Origin: Octopus sinensis
Lineage: Eukaryota
NCBI RefSeq assembly: GCF_006345805.1
Contig: NC_043006.1
Location: forward strand, 81,716,001 to 81,780,000
Reading direction: 5' to 3'
DNA length: 64,000 nucleotides
The notes under the pieces: model-generated
Seen by the model: the letters and a program-made list of their open reading frames with translations, nothing else
The model's database searches: none
What the model was told of the DNA's origin: nothing
Shown here: positions 1 through 13,590 of the stretch, piece by piece
Position numbering within the stretch: the first letter of the stretch is position 1
Layout: each line of letters opens with the position of its first letter
Position numbers and translations under genes: made by a program

Positions 1-299
1 GGAACTTGGAAGTATAGAAATGGTTTGGCTATTAAGCGGGGTACCGCTGAGTGATAGGAAGACAAACACTGAATTTCAGAGAATGGTGAGCATTGACCTA
101 GAGTGGGATGCTGGAAAGAGAAATGGAATAAGAGAGCTAAGTAATGTGTTGAGAAAATATGCAGGTGACTGGGTGTTAGTTGTGATGGAAATGAAAGTGA
201 AAGGATGTAACGGAGATGGGGAAGACTGAGAAAGATAAATGATAAAGATGTTGAAGAAGGAAACGAAAACAAGATAACTTTATCGTTTATCTTTTACTT

Positions 300-850
300 C
301 CTTCAGTTAAAGGGCTGTGGTCATGCTGGGGCATCGTCTTACAGGATTAAGTCGAACCAACTGACCCCAGTCCAGTACTTAATCTCTTGGTCTCTTTCTC
401 GAACCACAAATTTACGGGGTTGTAAATTACCGGTTGTCAATCAGTGGTGGGACGAAAATAAACACTAACACACACACACACACACAAACACTAACACACA
501 GACGCACGACTGTGCGCTTATATATACGTTCTGAGTTCAAATTCCGCCGAGGTCGACTTTGCCTTTCATCCTTTCGGGGGTCGATAAATTAAGTACCAGT
601 TACGCACTGGGGTCGATGTAATCGACTTAATCCGTTTGTCTGTCCTTGTTTGTCCCCTCTATGTTTAGCCCCTTGTGGGTAATAAAGAAACATATATATA
701 TGACGGGCTTCCACACAATTTCCGTCTACTAAATTCACTTACAGAACATTGGTCGGCCCGGGAATCTACTAGAAGGCACTTACTCAAGATGCTGCGTAGT
801 GAGACTCAACCCAAACCACGTGGCTGCAAGGCCAGACTTTTAACCAGACT
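300..850 (-). mobile_element. SINE family B, degenerate, 3' half (300-470) and 5' half (701-850) with the family A unit between them
   Basis: Reverse complement matches the family B body seen intact at 22911-23290. Confidence 0.6.
525..690 (+). mobile_element. SINE family A, isolated internal unit (B box, core, tail i)
   Basis: GAGTTCAAATTCC B box, core gaggtcgactttgcctttcatcctttcgggg, tail ending ccccttgtgggtaataaagaaa; same unit recurs many times in the window. Confidence 0.8.
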
Positions 851-999
851 TTTGCCTAATTAAGTGAAAAACGAAGTAATGTATAGAAATCTAAAGGAAG
901 AAGAGGGTGACGGGACATAGAAGGTTAATTCTCCTGACTCTAACAGGAGAAAACAGCCTTAAAACACATCTTGTCCTTACTGTTGTGTCTGTTGTGATT

Positions 1000-1490
1000 G
1001 TTGTCATTCTTGGAGCCCGTGAATATATTTTCATGTGCCTGTTATTAGGAATGTGTAGAAGACAGGTTTGGCTTCCAATCTGGATGTTTTTCAGATCTAT
1101 CATATACTTTCCTCACATCTCGTTCGCTGCCCTATTTTAATTCTTTTGCGGTCTGTCAGGTTTTTCTTTGGCATCTTATCACGCATCCTCTGGACGTGAT
1201 CAGCCCATTTCTGTTTATCTCTTTCGAAGATGTCATTTATTTTTGTTTGCTTTCGGATCAAATCAGTTTTTTTTTTTTTTTTTCAATGCTCCTTCCAGTT
1301 CATACCAAACATATGATCGTCGGGAGCATGTTGAGGTATTCTTAGATTGTTCTGCACAATAAGAATTTTTGAGGAATGATGCGTTGATCGTAAACCTGTC
1401 TTTGATGGTGTTAAAGAATTGAAGCATAACGCTTTTGAAACTGGATCTGGCTTTGTAAAAACTTGACAAACGAAGGTAGTTCACAGATTT
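1000..1490 (-). mobile_element. RTE-clade LINE, 3' ORF fragment (degraded)
   Basis: Minus-strand translation with frameshifts gives KWADHVQRMRDKMPKKNL and MIDLKNIQI, matching the RTE C-terminal pattern RWxGHVxRM..R.PK..L and DLK. Confidence 0.6.
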
Positions 1491-2490
1491 AATTCTGTTT
1501 CTTTATCTGGTTGTGTTGCTATAAGTTGGTCGTAGTTAAGTGTAACTGTTCAGTATATGTTAGGTTATGTTTTCAACTTTAATTTTTGATTTATACAATA
1601 ATAGTCGATGAAATTATTGGTTGCCTGATAGGTTGGCTAATGACCCCAGTTATACTTTACACTGCATACAGAGAAGGAAATAGAGAGTAAAAGAGAGATA
1701 CAGAGAGAGTAAAAGAAAGATATAGAGAGAGTTAATGTAATCGGTGCAGATGAGTACAAATACTAGGCTTTGCGTCAGACAATGAGTAAAGGAAAGACAC
1801 ATACACTAAGAGAAAGTATCATTGAAACAGAGGAGGAGGAAGGGGAGGAAAAGACGGAGTAAATGACAAAGTAGTTACAGAAGGAATTATACGACGGAGA
1901 AATTTGTTTTAATTAATTTATTTTAAGAGAAATATTCTTAGGAAATGAATATTCGTTTCATCGCGTTGTATAAGCATCAGAAAGTTGATAGCATTTAAAT
2001 AATAATCAATGTGTATATATGACATTTCCTGATACTAGCCTTATTGGCAAATATATACTTCCAAACTTACGAGTCACATAAAAGGTGACACTTTAATATT
2101 TAATGCTATAGACGCAGGCATGGCCGCGCGGTTAAGAAAGTCTCTTCATATGAAAAGTTCCGGGTCCGATCTTACTGCGTGGCATCTACGACCAGTACTT
2201 TTTTACCGTAGCTTCAAGTCGCTCTACATCTTATGAGTAAAATTGAGAAGGAAACTTTGCAGAATCCTGTTGAGTGGATTGTACTCGAAATTTAATAGTA
2301 CAGTGTAGTCTGATGTTGAGACACGCTGATTCTATCTGAGGATTATGTTAAGTGTACGCTTGTCTATGGAATACTCGGCTACCTGGACGTTAATTTTACA
2401 AGTAAGCTAGTCCAGTTTACGTTGAATACTGATGGAGGTTCCCTCGGTATTAAGTACTTTATTTATCGCTTTGCTCAACATAACATCGGG

Positions 2491-2868
2491 TTTATTACCC
2501 CCGCCTTAGCGAAGGCGGAGGCATTGTTTTCAGTCGTGTTTGCTTGTTTGTTTGTTTGTTCGTGGACAAGATATCTCAAGAACCGCTGGATGGAATCGGA
2601 TGAAACTATCAGGGATATTTGGCCCCTTGACTGGTACGAGCTGATTAGATTTGGGGATCGATCCGGTACCGGACAAGGATTCTGGATTATTTTTCCTGTT
2701 TTGTTACTTTATTTTTGAGAGCCGTCGGGTTCATTTTTAGTATTCTCGTTTGTAAAAGCAGTCGAGTTTATTACAGATATTCTCATTTTGAAAATCATCT
2801 CCGGCTAATCATTGAGAGGACGTTCGTGTTGCCTTGGCGGAGATTCGCGCTCTCTTAGTGCTCTTGTT
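2491..2868 (+). mobile_element. Non-autonomous Helitron/Helentron (DINE-like) element, copy 1
   Basis: 5' ttattacccccgccttagcgaaggcggagg hairpin, internal (TTTG)n, 3' ggcgg...gcgctctcttagtgc stem-loop, T-rich flanks; second copy at 5679-6056. Confidence 0.6.
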
Positions 2869-3139
2869 TGTGAAATTGTTTTATCTTCATATTCATATCC
2901 ATAGTTTGTCTTATTGCTTTGCTTTCTGCATCAAATTTTTCCTCATATAGATTGTCGCTGGAAGTTCTGTCCGATCTATTGATAAATGTATTGTGTCGCC
3001 TGAGTGAGACTGCGCATATGCATACGGGTGAATGTATGCATTTATGTATATGCGAATGTATGATAATATGTATATTTGTATGTGTGAGTATGTGTTTGTG
3101 TGTATAGATAGATAGATAGATACACACACATTTATGAGC

Positions 3140-3315
3140 GCGTGTGTACCGTTGGCGATTTTTTTCCTCTGTCTTCCCTTCTCTGGATCTTTCCTCTGGA
3201 TGTTTCCGACGAAGAGCTCCGCTCGAAACGTTAAACCCTCCTTCTTTCCTTCTTTCCTGAGCGTCCAATAATACTATATTTGTTCCACGTCCTCGCGTTG
3301 TTTTCATGTTTGAAT
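3140..3315 (+). mobile_element. Penelope-like pseudo-LTR fragment with minimal hammerhead motif
   Basis: Lies between (GT)n and (TA)n; contains CCGACGA-a-GAGC/GCTC-GAAACGTT; related to 34075-34250. Confidence 0.6.
3198..3241 (+). ncRNA. Type I minimal hammerhead ribozyme candidate
   Basis: Stem I gga.tg.ttt / aaa.c.cc.tcc; core CCGACGA; stem II gagc-tcc-gctc; GAAA; palindromic stem III ACGT; predicted cleavage after GUU (3232). Confidence 0.55.
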
Positions 3316-3338
3316 TAACTATATATACATATATATAG

Positions 3339-3399
<61 letters not shown>

Positions 3400-3714
3400 C
3401 AATTTAACAGCGTTTCTTAAGCACCACAGAACATTGTTATCGATTCGTATCATACTATCCCAGTATCCTTTCTCCTTTATTGTCGTATCAGTTGCGAAAT
3501 GTATCGATGACTCGGCTGCCGTGTACTACCGAAAGACTAAAAGGAACAATAAGTGTATAACAAATACCACATATATTTAATTAAGTATAAACAAACTCTG
3601 TCACAGTGTAAACGCTATCTCTTTTCAACACAAGGCTTCACGGGATTTTTCTTTTCCATTCAAACATATAAAGCTTGAAAAATCTACGCGTGTTTAAATG
3701 CGTTTCCGTGCGTA

Positions 3715-3746
3715 TATATATATATGTATATATATATGTATATATG

Positions 3747-3813
<67 letters not shown>

Positions 3814-4017
3814 ATGTATATATATATGTGTGTATGTATATATATATATGTATATATATATGTGTGTATGTATATATATGTGTGTATGTATATATATATG
3901 TATGTATGTATATATATATATGTGTGTATGTATGTATATATATATATGTGTATGTATATATATATGTGTATGTATATATATATATATGTGTATGTATATA
4001 TATATATGTGTATGTGT

Positions 4018-4048
<31 letters not shown>

Positions 4049-4080
4049 TATATATATATATCTGTGTGTGTGTGTGTGTA
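3715..4080. repeat. (TA)n/(TG)n compound microsatellite
   Basis: Repeating tatatatatgtgtgtatg units. Confidence 0.95.
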
Positions 4081-4630
4081 TTCGCGCGCAGGTATGCCTG
4101 ATAATTTATTGCAGATATGATAAAGAATATGTTATATAAAAAGAAAATATATTTATAGAAATATAAAAATAAAAGTTCATGTAGATGCAGATATACAGAA
4201 AGGGTAGAATTTATTGATACGAAATCATTCTCTGTAACCGAATATCTTCTTCAGATAAGTCTATATAGCTATCAGACGGAAACCCAGTAAAGATTTTTTT
4301 TTTTCAAATACTCAACGAATACGTAATCACCTTAGGCAAGATGCGGTGGAGAAAAGAGATCGATGTGTTACTGCTGACAAGGCAGATGTAAAGTAGATCA
4401 GAGTCTTTGTTTTTCTTTTTCCTTCATTCGTTCAATATATTGGCTTATCGTTAAGACAGTCAATATATTATCACATTTCTAGTGGTATCGGCACTGCCTA
4501 CATATTTATATACATATATATATATATGTACATACTTATCACACGTTACATACATACATATATGTGTGCGTGTGCGTGTAAATATATATGTGTGTGTTTG
4601 TATGTATGTATTATCAAACACATACAAAGA

Positions 4631-4683
<53 letters not shown>

Positions 4684-5006
4684 TATCACATGATATGATA
4701 TGATGTGATATGATATTGGTCTCACCATTTCGTTCATGTGGTTTATTTACTCTGTAAATATTTCTGAATGTAAATAAAGCAAACGAAATAAATAAGCACA
4801 CGTGTGTGTGTGTGTGTACACAACAGCGTGTGAATGTATGTGTGTGTGTCTATATGCGTGCGTATGTGTAAGTGTGTGTGCGCTTAGGTGTACGTGTGTA
4901 TGAATAGAAGTGTGTATGGATAGGCAGAGCTTATTTGTATATGATATTCATTATGAAGAAACCATTTTTACAGTATACTGTTTTATTTATATAATTGATT
5001 CTAGTG

Positions 5007-5066
<60 letters not shown>

Positions 5067-5278
5067 ATGTGTGTGTGGTGTGTGTGTGTGTGTGTGTGTA
5101 GTGTGTGTGTGTTGTGCGTGTGTACATATACGTATACATACATATATTATAACATAAATATATATATACATATATATGTGTGCGTATATATATACATATA
5201 TAAACATATATACATACATATTATATATATACACCACACCACGCACGCACACACACACACACCACACCACATATATAT

Positions 5279-5329
<51 letters not shown>

Positions 5330-5678
5330 ATATTATTATATATATTGAGCAGATAGAATACGTAATAAGGAAATTGGAAGAAAGTTTTGATGATAAGTAG
5401 AAGAAAAAATAGTGCTATGGCAGAAGAATAAGAAAATAACAGAATGGGAGAGAAAAGCGCCAAAATTATTGATTTTTCATATTGACAGAATGCTAAAAAT
5501 ATTTACGTAATCAATATAACTTATTGAATCTTTATCTGCAAGTAGCTGGTCTGCTGATCCCCGACGGGATTTGAACGCAGGACTTAAATGTAAGAAGAAT
5601 ACCAAGAATGCCAGTTGGCGTGTCCGTCTACTCTTTCTGTCGCTTGATAGAGTCAAGCGTAAATGCGTGGGTTTTATA

Positions 5679-6056
5679 TTTATTTCTGCTTTAGCGAAGG
5701 CGGAGGTATTGTTTTCAGTTGTGTTTGTTAGTTTGTTTGCTTCTTTGTCCGTGGACATGATATCTCAAGAACCGCTGGATGGATTTGGATGAAACTGTCA
5801 GAGATATTTGGCCTCGTAACTGGGACGAACTGATTAGATTTTGGGATCGATCCGGTACCGGACAATGCTTTTGGATAATTTTTCCTGGATTTTAACTTTA
5901 TTTTTGAGAGCAATCGGGTTCATTTTTAGTATTCTCGTTTGTAAGAGCATTTGTGTTATTTCAGATATTCTCATTTTGAAAATCATCTCTGCTTAATCGT
6001 GGAGAGGACATTGGTTTTGCCTTGGCGAACGGTTGCGCTCTCTGAGTGCTCTTGTT
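5679..6056 (+). mobile_element. Non-autonomous Helitron/Helentron-like element, copy 2
   Basis: Colinear with 2491-2868 along its length (gatatctcaagaaccgctggatgg, gatcgatccggtaccggacaa, gcgctctctgagtgctcttgtt). Confidence 0.6.
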
Positions 6057-6286
6057 ATCTTATCTTTTTGTCACGTTTCAGTAATTGGACTGAGCCCATG
6101 CTAGGGCACCGCCTTGGAGGGTTTTTTTCTTCCGAACAAATTGACTTCAGTTCTTATTTTTAAGGCAGGTAGGTTCTTATTTTGTCGGTTTCTTTTATCG
6201 AACCGCAAACTAAGGGAATGGAAACAAACTAACACAGATTGTCAAGAGGTAGGTGAACAAGTACAGGCACATGAATATATATATAT

Positions 6287-6445
6287 AGGCGGTGGAGTGG
6301 CTGTGTGGTAAGTAGCTTGCTTACCAACCACATGGTTCTGGGTTCATTCCCACTGCGTGCCACCTTGGGCAAGTGTCTTAGCTTCGGACGACTAAAGCCT
6401 TGTGAGTGGATTTGTTAGATGGAAACTGAAAGCAGCCCGTCGTAT
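6287..6445 (+). mobile_element. SINE family B, 5' half (tRNA-derived head, CORE-like ccttgggcaagt)
   Basis: A box TGGCTGTGTGGT, B box GGTTCATTCCC, CORE-like motif. Confidence 0.8.
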
Positions 6446-6451
6446 ATATGT

Positions 6452-6501
<50 letters not shown>

Positions 6502-6504
6502 CGT

Positions 6505-7010
6505 GTGGTACAAATATTCCAGTGTAACTGCTGGAGTCCTGAAGTTAACAACATTCAGTTTGACAGTCAACATTATACAGTGCTTTTTAGTCATTAGTAG
6601 CTTGATCTCGGGTTTACATGCTTGTAATGCAATTGCTAAAGAAGTATTTGGCTTTGGTGTTTCGTGGCATGGTATTAAAGTTAATGGTCAGCTGTGATAA
6701 TTTCCCGTGATTCATTTTATGAAACTTTTGATTACGTATATGTCTGTTCCAACAGACATATACGTAGTCAAAAAGGCATCGACCACCCCCACCCCAAATC
6801 CACCGTGTAAATAATACACCAGAAACATATAAACTCGAGAACAAGCTACTAATGCCTAACGTCATCTGTAAACTTGAGTGTAAAACTTAAAGTTGCAAAC
6901 TTCAGGACTCCAACTATTATATTAGACATGCCGGTACAACAATCTCTCTTAGGATCACAGTGCATTTACAAGTAACAATCACAAAGCATTATACCACACA
7001 CTGCAAAACA
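6505..7010. mobile_element. Old Penelope-like fold-back with GIY-YIG endonuclease remnants in both arms
   Basis: Plus 6858-7000 reads NVICKLECKT*SCKLQDSNYYIRHAGTTISLRITVHLQ; the minus arm shares gagatcaagctactaatg and aacttcaggactcca; central 23-bp hairpin at 6726-6773. Confidence 0.55.
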
Positions 7011-8064
7011 AAGATTGAAACATGTATGAAAGGGAAGCTGTTCCCATATATATGAATACACATGCACTTACGATGGACGAGATACCAGAATTCTTAGAGG
7101 TCAATAAAAGCATATTTGTTCTGGCGCTTTGCGTTGTCTTAAATCCTGCCGAAATCAATTTGCTTTACATCGTTTCGGGATTCAAAAAAATAAGATACTA
7201 GTCAAGTGCTGGGGTCAATGATATTGATTAAATCTGCACCCTTTAATATTGCTAACCTTGACCCTGAATCAGAACGCATTATATATATGTTTTTCTTTGT
7301 GTGTATAAGTATGTACGTATGAGAGAGACCGAGAGAAAGAGTATGCATGTGTGTGTATGTCTGTGTGTATGTAATCATCCATCCACTTTACTAAGCTTCC
7401 ACTTATGGTCATATTGCTGTTGATAGTAAATTTAATATTTTTTTTATCTGCTGCAGACAAAAGTCCAAGCTGAGCAACAAATACGATGGTGACTATCACT
7501 CCTCCTACACTCCCTATCCACCACTACAACCACCATCCCTCATCCTCCTACTGCCAAGTAATTTAGAAGGAAACAAAACAATGTAGATTAAAAAAAAACA
7601 CTCAGCGAAGCGGCTAACACATATCATACCTCCTACTGCAGCTCACTCTGCAAATAAATCGACGTCAATCTAATATACATAAAAATTAGATGACCGAGTA
7701 AAGTAGAAGAGGTTAGGAAATTATGTAAATAGTTTAGGCATATATCCAACTCTACAGACAGACTTCCAGGCTTTATCAATTTGTGTTGTTAGTGTTTGTA
7801 GCACGGTCAGTCTTCACTATCTTGGCCACCATTAAACGAGATATCTAATGAATATTATACAGTCTATAAATAGAACTGGCGATTTTTTATTTATTTATCC
7901 CATTTTTTTCACTTAGTTTTCTTTTTTTTTTCATTTTTGCGCATTCGCTTCATACATTCATACTCTTATCTCTCTCTCTCTCTCTCTCTCTCTCCTAGGG
8001 AAGGACAAAAGAGTAAAATGGTTGCATGTCACTCTGAAATATGATAATTGACTGAGGTGCAGTG

Positions 8065-9305
<1,241 letters not shown>

Positions 9306-9899
9306 CATACATACACACATACGTGTACATATGCACGTGTGTGTGCGCGTATGAATGTACTTAAGTAGTATATTTGTACTTACGTTAACCAGTTTTGTAT
9401 TCTGTAAGTTTACAAGCCATTATATCAAATTATATATTGCTCCAAAACCCTGATTATGAAACCCATTAATGGATTCTGCTTAACGATAAATTCCAGTAGT
9501 ATTTTAAGAAATGTGTGTGTGAGTGTGTGTTTTTGTGTACATATCCACACGTCTATATGCATCCTTATCGATCTGTTTATCTAGTTCTTTTTAGCAATTT
9601 GTATATTTAGCTATTTGTATATTGATTTCTGTCTATATTCTGTTTTGGCATCAGCGGCGGTAGTGATTTTGGTGGTTGTATAGCTCGTATTTGTAATGTA
9701 TTTGTTGTTGTTGCTGCTGTTCTTCAATCCTGAGGCCAGCCTTACAGAGAAGACTTTTGACCAAAGGCATTTCCTCCATGAATTTCCTCCATGTTACAAA
9801 GTGGGGTAACTAAACGAAATACCACGAATCTACGGATTATACTAGTGCACAATGATAATAATGATAATAATAATAATGATGATGATGATGATGATGATG

Positions 9900-10380
9900 A
9901 TTTCATTTCTTTGCCACAAGGTCGAATGATGAGGGGGGCAATACAGAGACAGTGTGGGTGTTCACATATAATAATGAAATGATAAAAAAAAAAGAAAATT
10001 ATACACGGTATACACTGGAAAAGCAGAGATATATGCATAGCATACAAAGGTACAAAAGAAAAGAAAAAGGTAGGGAGGAGGATAGAGATGTGGTCATCCT
10101 GATACAAGAACGCCTTCTCTCCAATTCCTTCTCTCCGACTCACAGATCTAAACTTAGAAAGGTACCATCCTTCTTTGCCATTTCCGCAAATTTCACCCAC
10201 TTCTCGATAAAATCCCTCGAGAACACCACTTCTCTCTCCACTCTCAATTTCCTTTTCAAGTGAAACGAGAAAAATTCAATGAGAGCCCTACCAAAGAGGA
10301 ATGTATTTTTTTCCTGCCTTTCAGCGTGTCCACCAAGCAACCCCTTTCGACACAGACACCAAGCAAAGGAGAACTGCCAT
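9900..10380 (-). mobile_element. L1/Tx1-like LINE 3' end (ORF2 C-terminus, 3' UTR, (TCA)n(TTA)n tail)
   Basis: ORF 10140-10340 ends LIEFFSFHLKRKLRVEREVVFSRDFIEKWVKFAEMAK..LSLDL*, followed by a pyrimidine-rich UTR and simple-repeat tail; clade assignment from recall of the C-terminal pattern. Confidence 0.55.
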
Positions 10381-10537
10381 AGAAGGAGAATTTTATGAGA
10401 TTTCCCTATTCAAACAGATTAAAAGCTAGAAAATAATGAACCAGATGCAATAATAATAGAAAAGGAAAAGTGAAATTCCTTACTAATTTATCTATCATGC
10501 CTGTATTAATTGGTGCATTAGGAACTCTGAATAATCT

Positions 10538-10930
10538 TTTCTACTCTAGGCACAAGTCCCGAATATTTGTGGCGAGGGATTCAGTCGATTAGATCGACCC
10601 CAGGACGTAACTACTACTTAATTTATCGACCCCGAAAGAATGAAAGGCAAAGTCGACCTCGGCGGAATTTGAACTCAGAACGTAGCGGCAGACGAAATAC
10701 CTATTTCTTTATTACCCACAAGGAACTAAACATAGAGGGGACAAACAAGGACAGACATAGGTATTAAGTCGATTACAACCCCAGTGCGTAACTGGTACTT
10801 AATTTATTGACCTCGAAAGGATGAAAGGCAAAGTCAACTTCGGCGGAATTTGAACTCACAACGTAACGGCGGACGAAATAAGGCTACGCATTTCGCCCAG
10901 CGTGCTAACGTTTCTGCCAGCTCGCCGCCT
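10538..10930 (-). mobile_element. SINE family A, dimer (head, unit/tail i, unit/tail ii)
   Basis: A box TGGCAGAAACGTT, two B-box/core units in tandem. Confidence 0.85.
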
Positions 10931-10948
10931 TGATGAACTGTGAATAAT

Positions 10949-11147
10949 GATATAGAAAAATGGTTGAAGGAGACTGGAGTAGGAGGTCCGGTGCAGCTTC
11001 TACAGAATACTTGCCTCTTAGGAACAAGAAAGATTATCAGAAGGATTTTAAGCGCTTGAAAGCTTATGTATACCTAAGGTTACAGGTGCTAACCCGCTAC
11101 ACATATAAATTCTACCAGGAATAAGAACAAACCTGAGTCAAGTCAGA
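10949..11147 (+). mobile_element. R4/Dong-like non-LTR retrotransposon 3' end
   Basis: DIEKWLKETGVGGPVQLLQNTCLLGTRKIIRRILSA* (REL-domain C-terminus LQK.CLLGT..I.R..L), short UTR, then (ATA)n. Confidence 0.7.
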
Positions 11148-11164
11148 TAATAATAATAATAATG

Positions 11165-11207
<43 letters not shown>

Positions 11208-11227
11208 TGATGATGATAATAATAAAA

Positions 11228-11744
11228 CTGATCTTAACTGATTGGAAGTGTTATCATGTACATTCTTTTGTCTTGGTATAAAAGATGAGCTACAGCAAAT
11301 ATTCTGCTCAATACCACAGATTTGCTTGTCAGTTGTTTGACCCTATCCAGTTGAGCATGTCCCTTAGTGGCTGACGATATGTGCATCTCTGATCATGAGC
11401 AGAAGTAGTGGGGGAGCATCATAGCCATGTGTTGAGAGGAATTCTTTGGGGTTTGAATAATTCACCCCTGGAAACATGGATGTTTCGTTCAACATCTTTA
11501 AACAACCCTTATTCAGGGACCTTTTGAGCGGGATGGGCTACTTGACCAGAAGAAAATTTTAACTGGGTCCCACCTACAAGGTCATGTGCTGTTTATCTTG
11601 ATATGAGATCACCATGTCGCGCTTATATGGTTGTGATGCATGTGCCTAGTGTACCCTTATCAGACGGGTAGTCATGATGGGTATACTGGGCTTCGTATAT
11701 TTTACCCCAGTGTCACTTTGATGGCATGCACTGCTCTCTCGCTC
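11228..11744 (+). mobile_element. Non-coding ~520-bp repeat in (AAT)n (family D), copy 1
   Basis: Closely similar to 50229-50761; same 3' end, different 5' ends; (AAT)n on both flanks. Confidence 0.75.
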
Positions 11745-12049
11745 AATAATAATAATAACAACATCAACAAATTTTGAAAGGAATGCAGCCAGTTTGTTTT
11801 TTTAACTTAGAGAATGTAAAACTCTTTTGTGTCTCATTATCTTCTCTCCTTTTGACTTTTCTCTTGAAGGACTAAGTCAGAAACATTGAATTTTCCATTC
11901 TGCACGGCAACTACACTGTACTCTTTTTATCGAGTACTTTTTTACTATATTTATATAGATATATTCATAGTCATATATATGTATGTATATGTGCGTGTAT
12001 GTGTGTGTGTAAATGTATTTTTGTGTGTATATGTATGTACGTACTGGCG

Positions 12050-12460
12050 TAGACAAGGCCATGTGGTTACAACTTTCATTCCCACCCATGTGGTCTTGCG
12101 TTCAGTCCCAGAGTAAGTTTCTCCCACTATAGCCCCGGTCCTTGTAAGTTGATTTGGAAGGCGGACACTAAAAAAAGCCCGGCGTGTATATATACTCGTG
12201 TTTTGTGCGCGTGTGTGTGTGTGTGCGCGCCCGCATGTGTATATGTGTGCGCAACCATGTGCTTCTGTGTTTGTCCCATACGATCGCTTGACAACCGGTG
12301 TTGGTTTGTTTATGACCCGTAAGTTAACGAGACCGATAAAAAAAGTACTAGACTTTTAAAAAATAAGTACAGGAATCGATTTGCTCAACCAACCCTTCAA
12401 GGAGATACCCCAGTTCGGGTGCTGTCTAAAAACTGAAACACGTAAAAGATACAAGATAGA
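12050..12460 (+). mobile_element. SINE family B, degenerate
   Basis: B box gttcagtccca, internal (TG)n, gatcgcttgacaaccggtgttggt body. Confidence 0.65.
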
Positions 12461-13590
12461 AGATATAAAACTCTGTGACAAAGTAAAGGTACTAAAAAGG
12501 TTTTATTTCTACCTACTCTATCGAATTTATTTCTCTTGGGGTTTTCTCTGATTTCAATATGTTCACCATAATGTATGCGTAACCTTAGAGTACTTCAAAC
12601 GCTGTTGCATCCCTAACAACGCAATCTTATCGTTGGTAAACTCTCAGATTCTCCAAAATCGTTTATCAAGAGAACTTATATCTGCTTCTACACCGCATAT
12701 TACATAAAAATAGTTTTATCGATAAACTAATGTCGTTGACATTGTCTATAACAAAAATAAAGGTATCGTAAATACAAATACTCGACAATTCACGTGCATA
12801 TACATGCAAGCACACGTGGAAATACATGCATGCACACATGCTAATACATGCACGCACACATGGAAATATATGCATGCATTAATACAAACGATGGCATGCA
12901 CAGTCTTTCTTAGCTATAACACGCTGGCTTTTCACAAAACAAAGCTTGTTACCAACAGACGGGGAGAAGATATATGACCTCAAACTGACAGTAATGATAC
13001 ATTTCCAATAAGACAAACAATTCTGGTTTTGAATTAAGAGGCCACTGTCACAAAAGCTATAAATAACTATATAAACTTGATTTATTCATAGACTGTTCTG
13101 AAACATTGTGAAAATTTATCTAGTAAATGATTAATAAAACAAAAACGGAATATGCTGACTTAAAAGAAACAAATGATACTCAAATAACTAAACCATCAAT
13201 TCAGCTGAAATTCGATATTAACTGACATAATATAAACTGCATTTGTTTGAAACGTATTAGAATTTCAAACACTTTTTGATCTAGGAGCGAATTCCCGTCA
13301 TAAGCTGCTAACCTCACTTCGGTAAGGTAACAGAGGATAACATCGAACAACAAATCAAACATAAATTAAATGTCAAATCCCTTGAGTTTTAACATTCTGT
13401 CATAATGGTCCCTAGATACGTACCCCTAAACTTTAAATGCTTTCGCGAATAGATTCAAATAGAAGTCAAGAGATAAAATGTATAAAAGCTAGATTGCCTC
13501 AATATAGGAATTATAATAAAATTTTTGGAAGGGCTCGATTGTCTTCACTAAAAGTATTCAACGTCCTTGTCTTAGTTCATGTGTTATTGC

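Noticed and set aside
20-229. 69-aa ORF at the window start
   Set aside because: Purine-rich and probably a LINE relic, but no diagnostic motif in any frame.
3675-4139. Long ORFs rich in YI/CV/HT repeats (also 8000-9150, 25000-26300, 45557-46159 and others)
   Set aside because: Translations of dinucleotide and tetranucleotide microsatellites; no coding signal.
4200-4270. CTGAAGA motif on the minus strand as a possible hammerhead
   Set aside because: No properly placed GAAA or stem III; too degenerate.
10600-10930. Regularly repeated ~35-bp motifs resembling CRISPR repeats
   Set aside because: They are SINE A core units with conserved, not unique, spacers; eukaryotic context and no cas genes.
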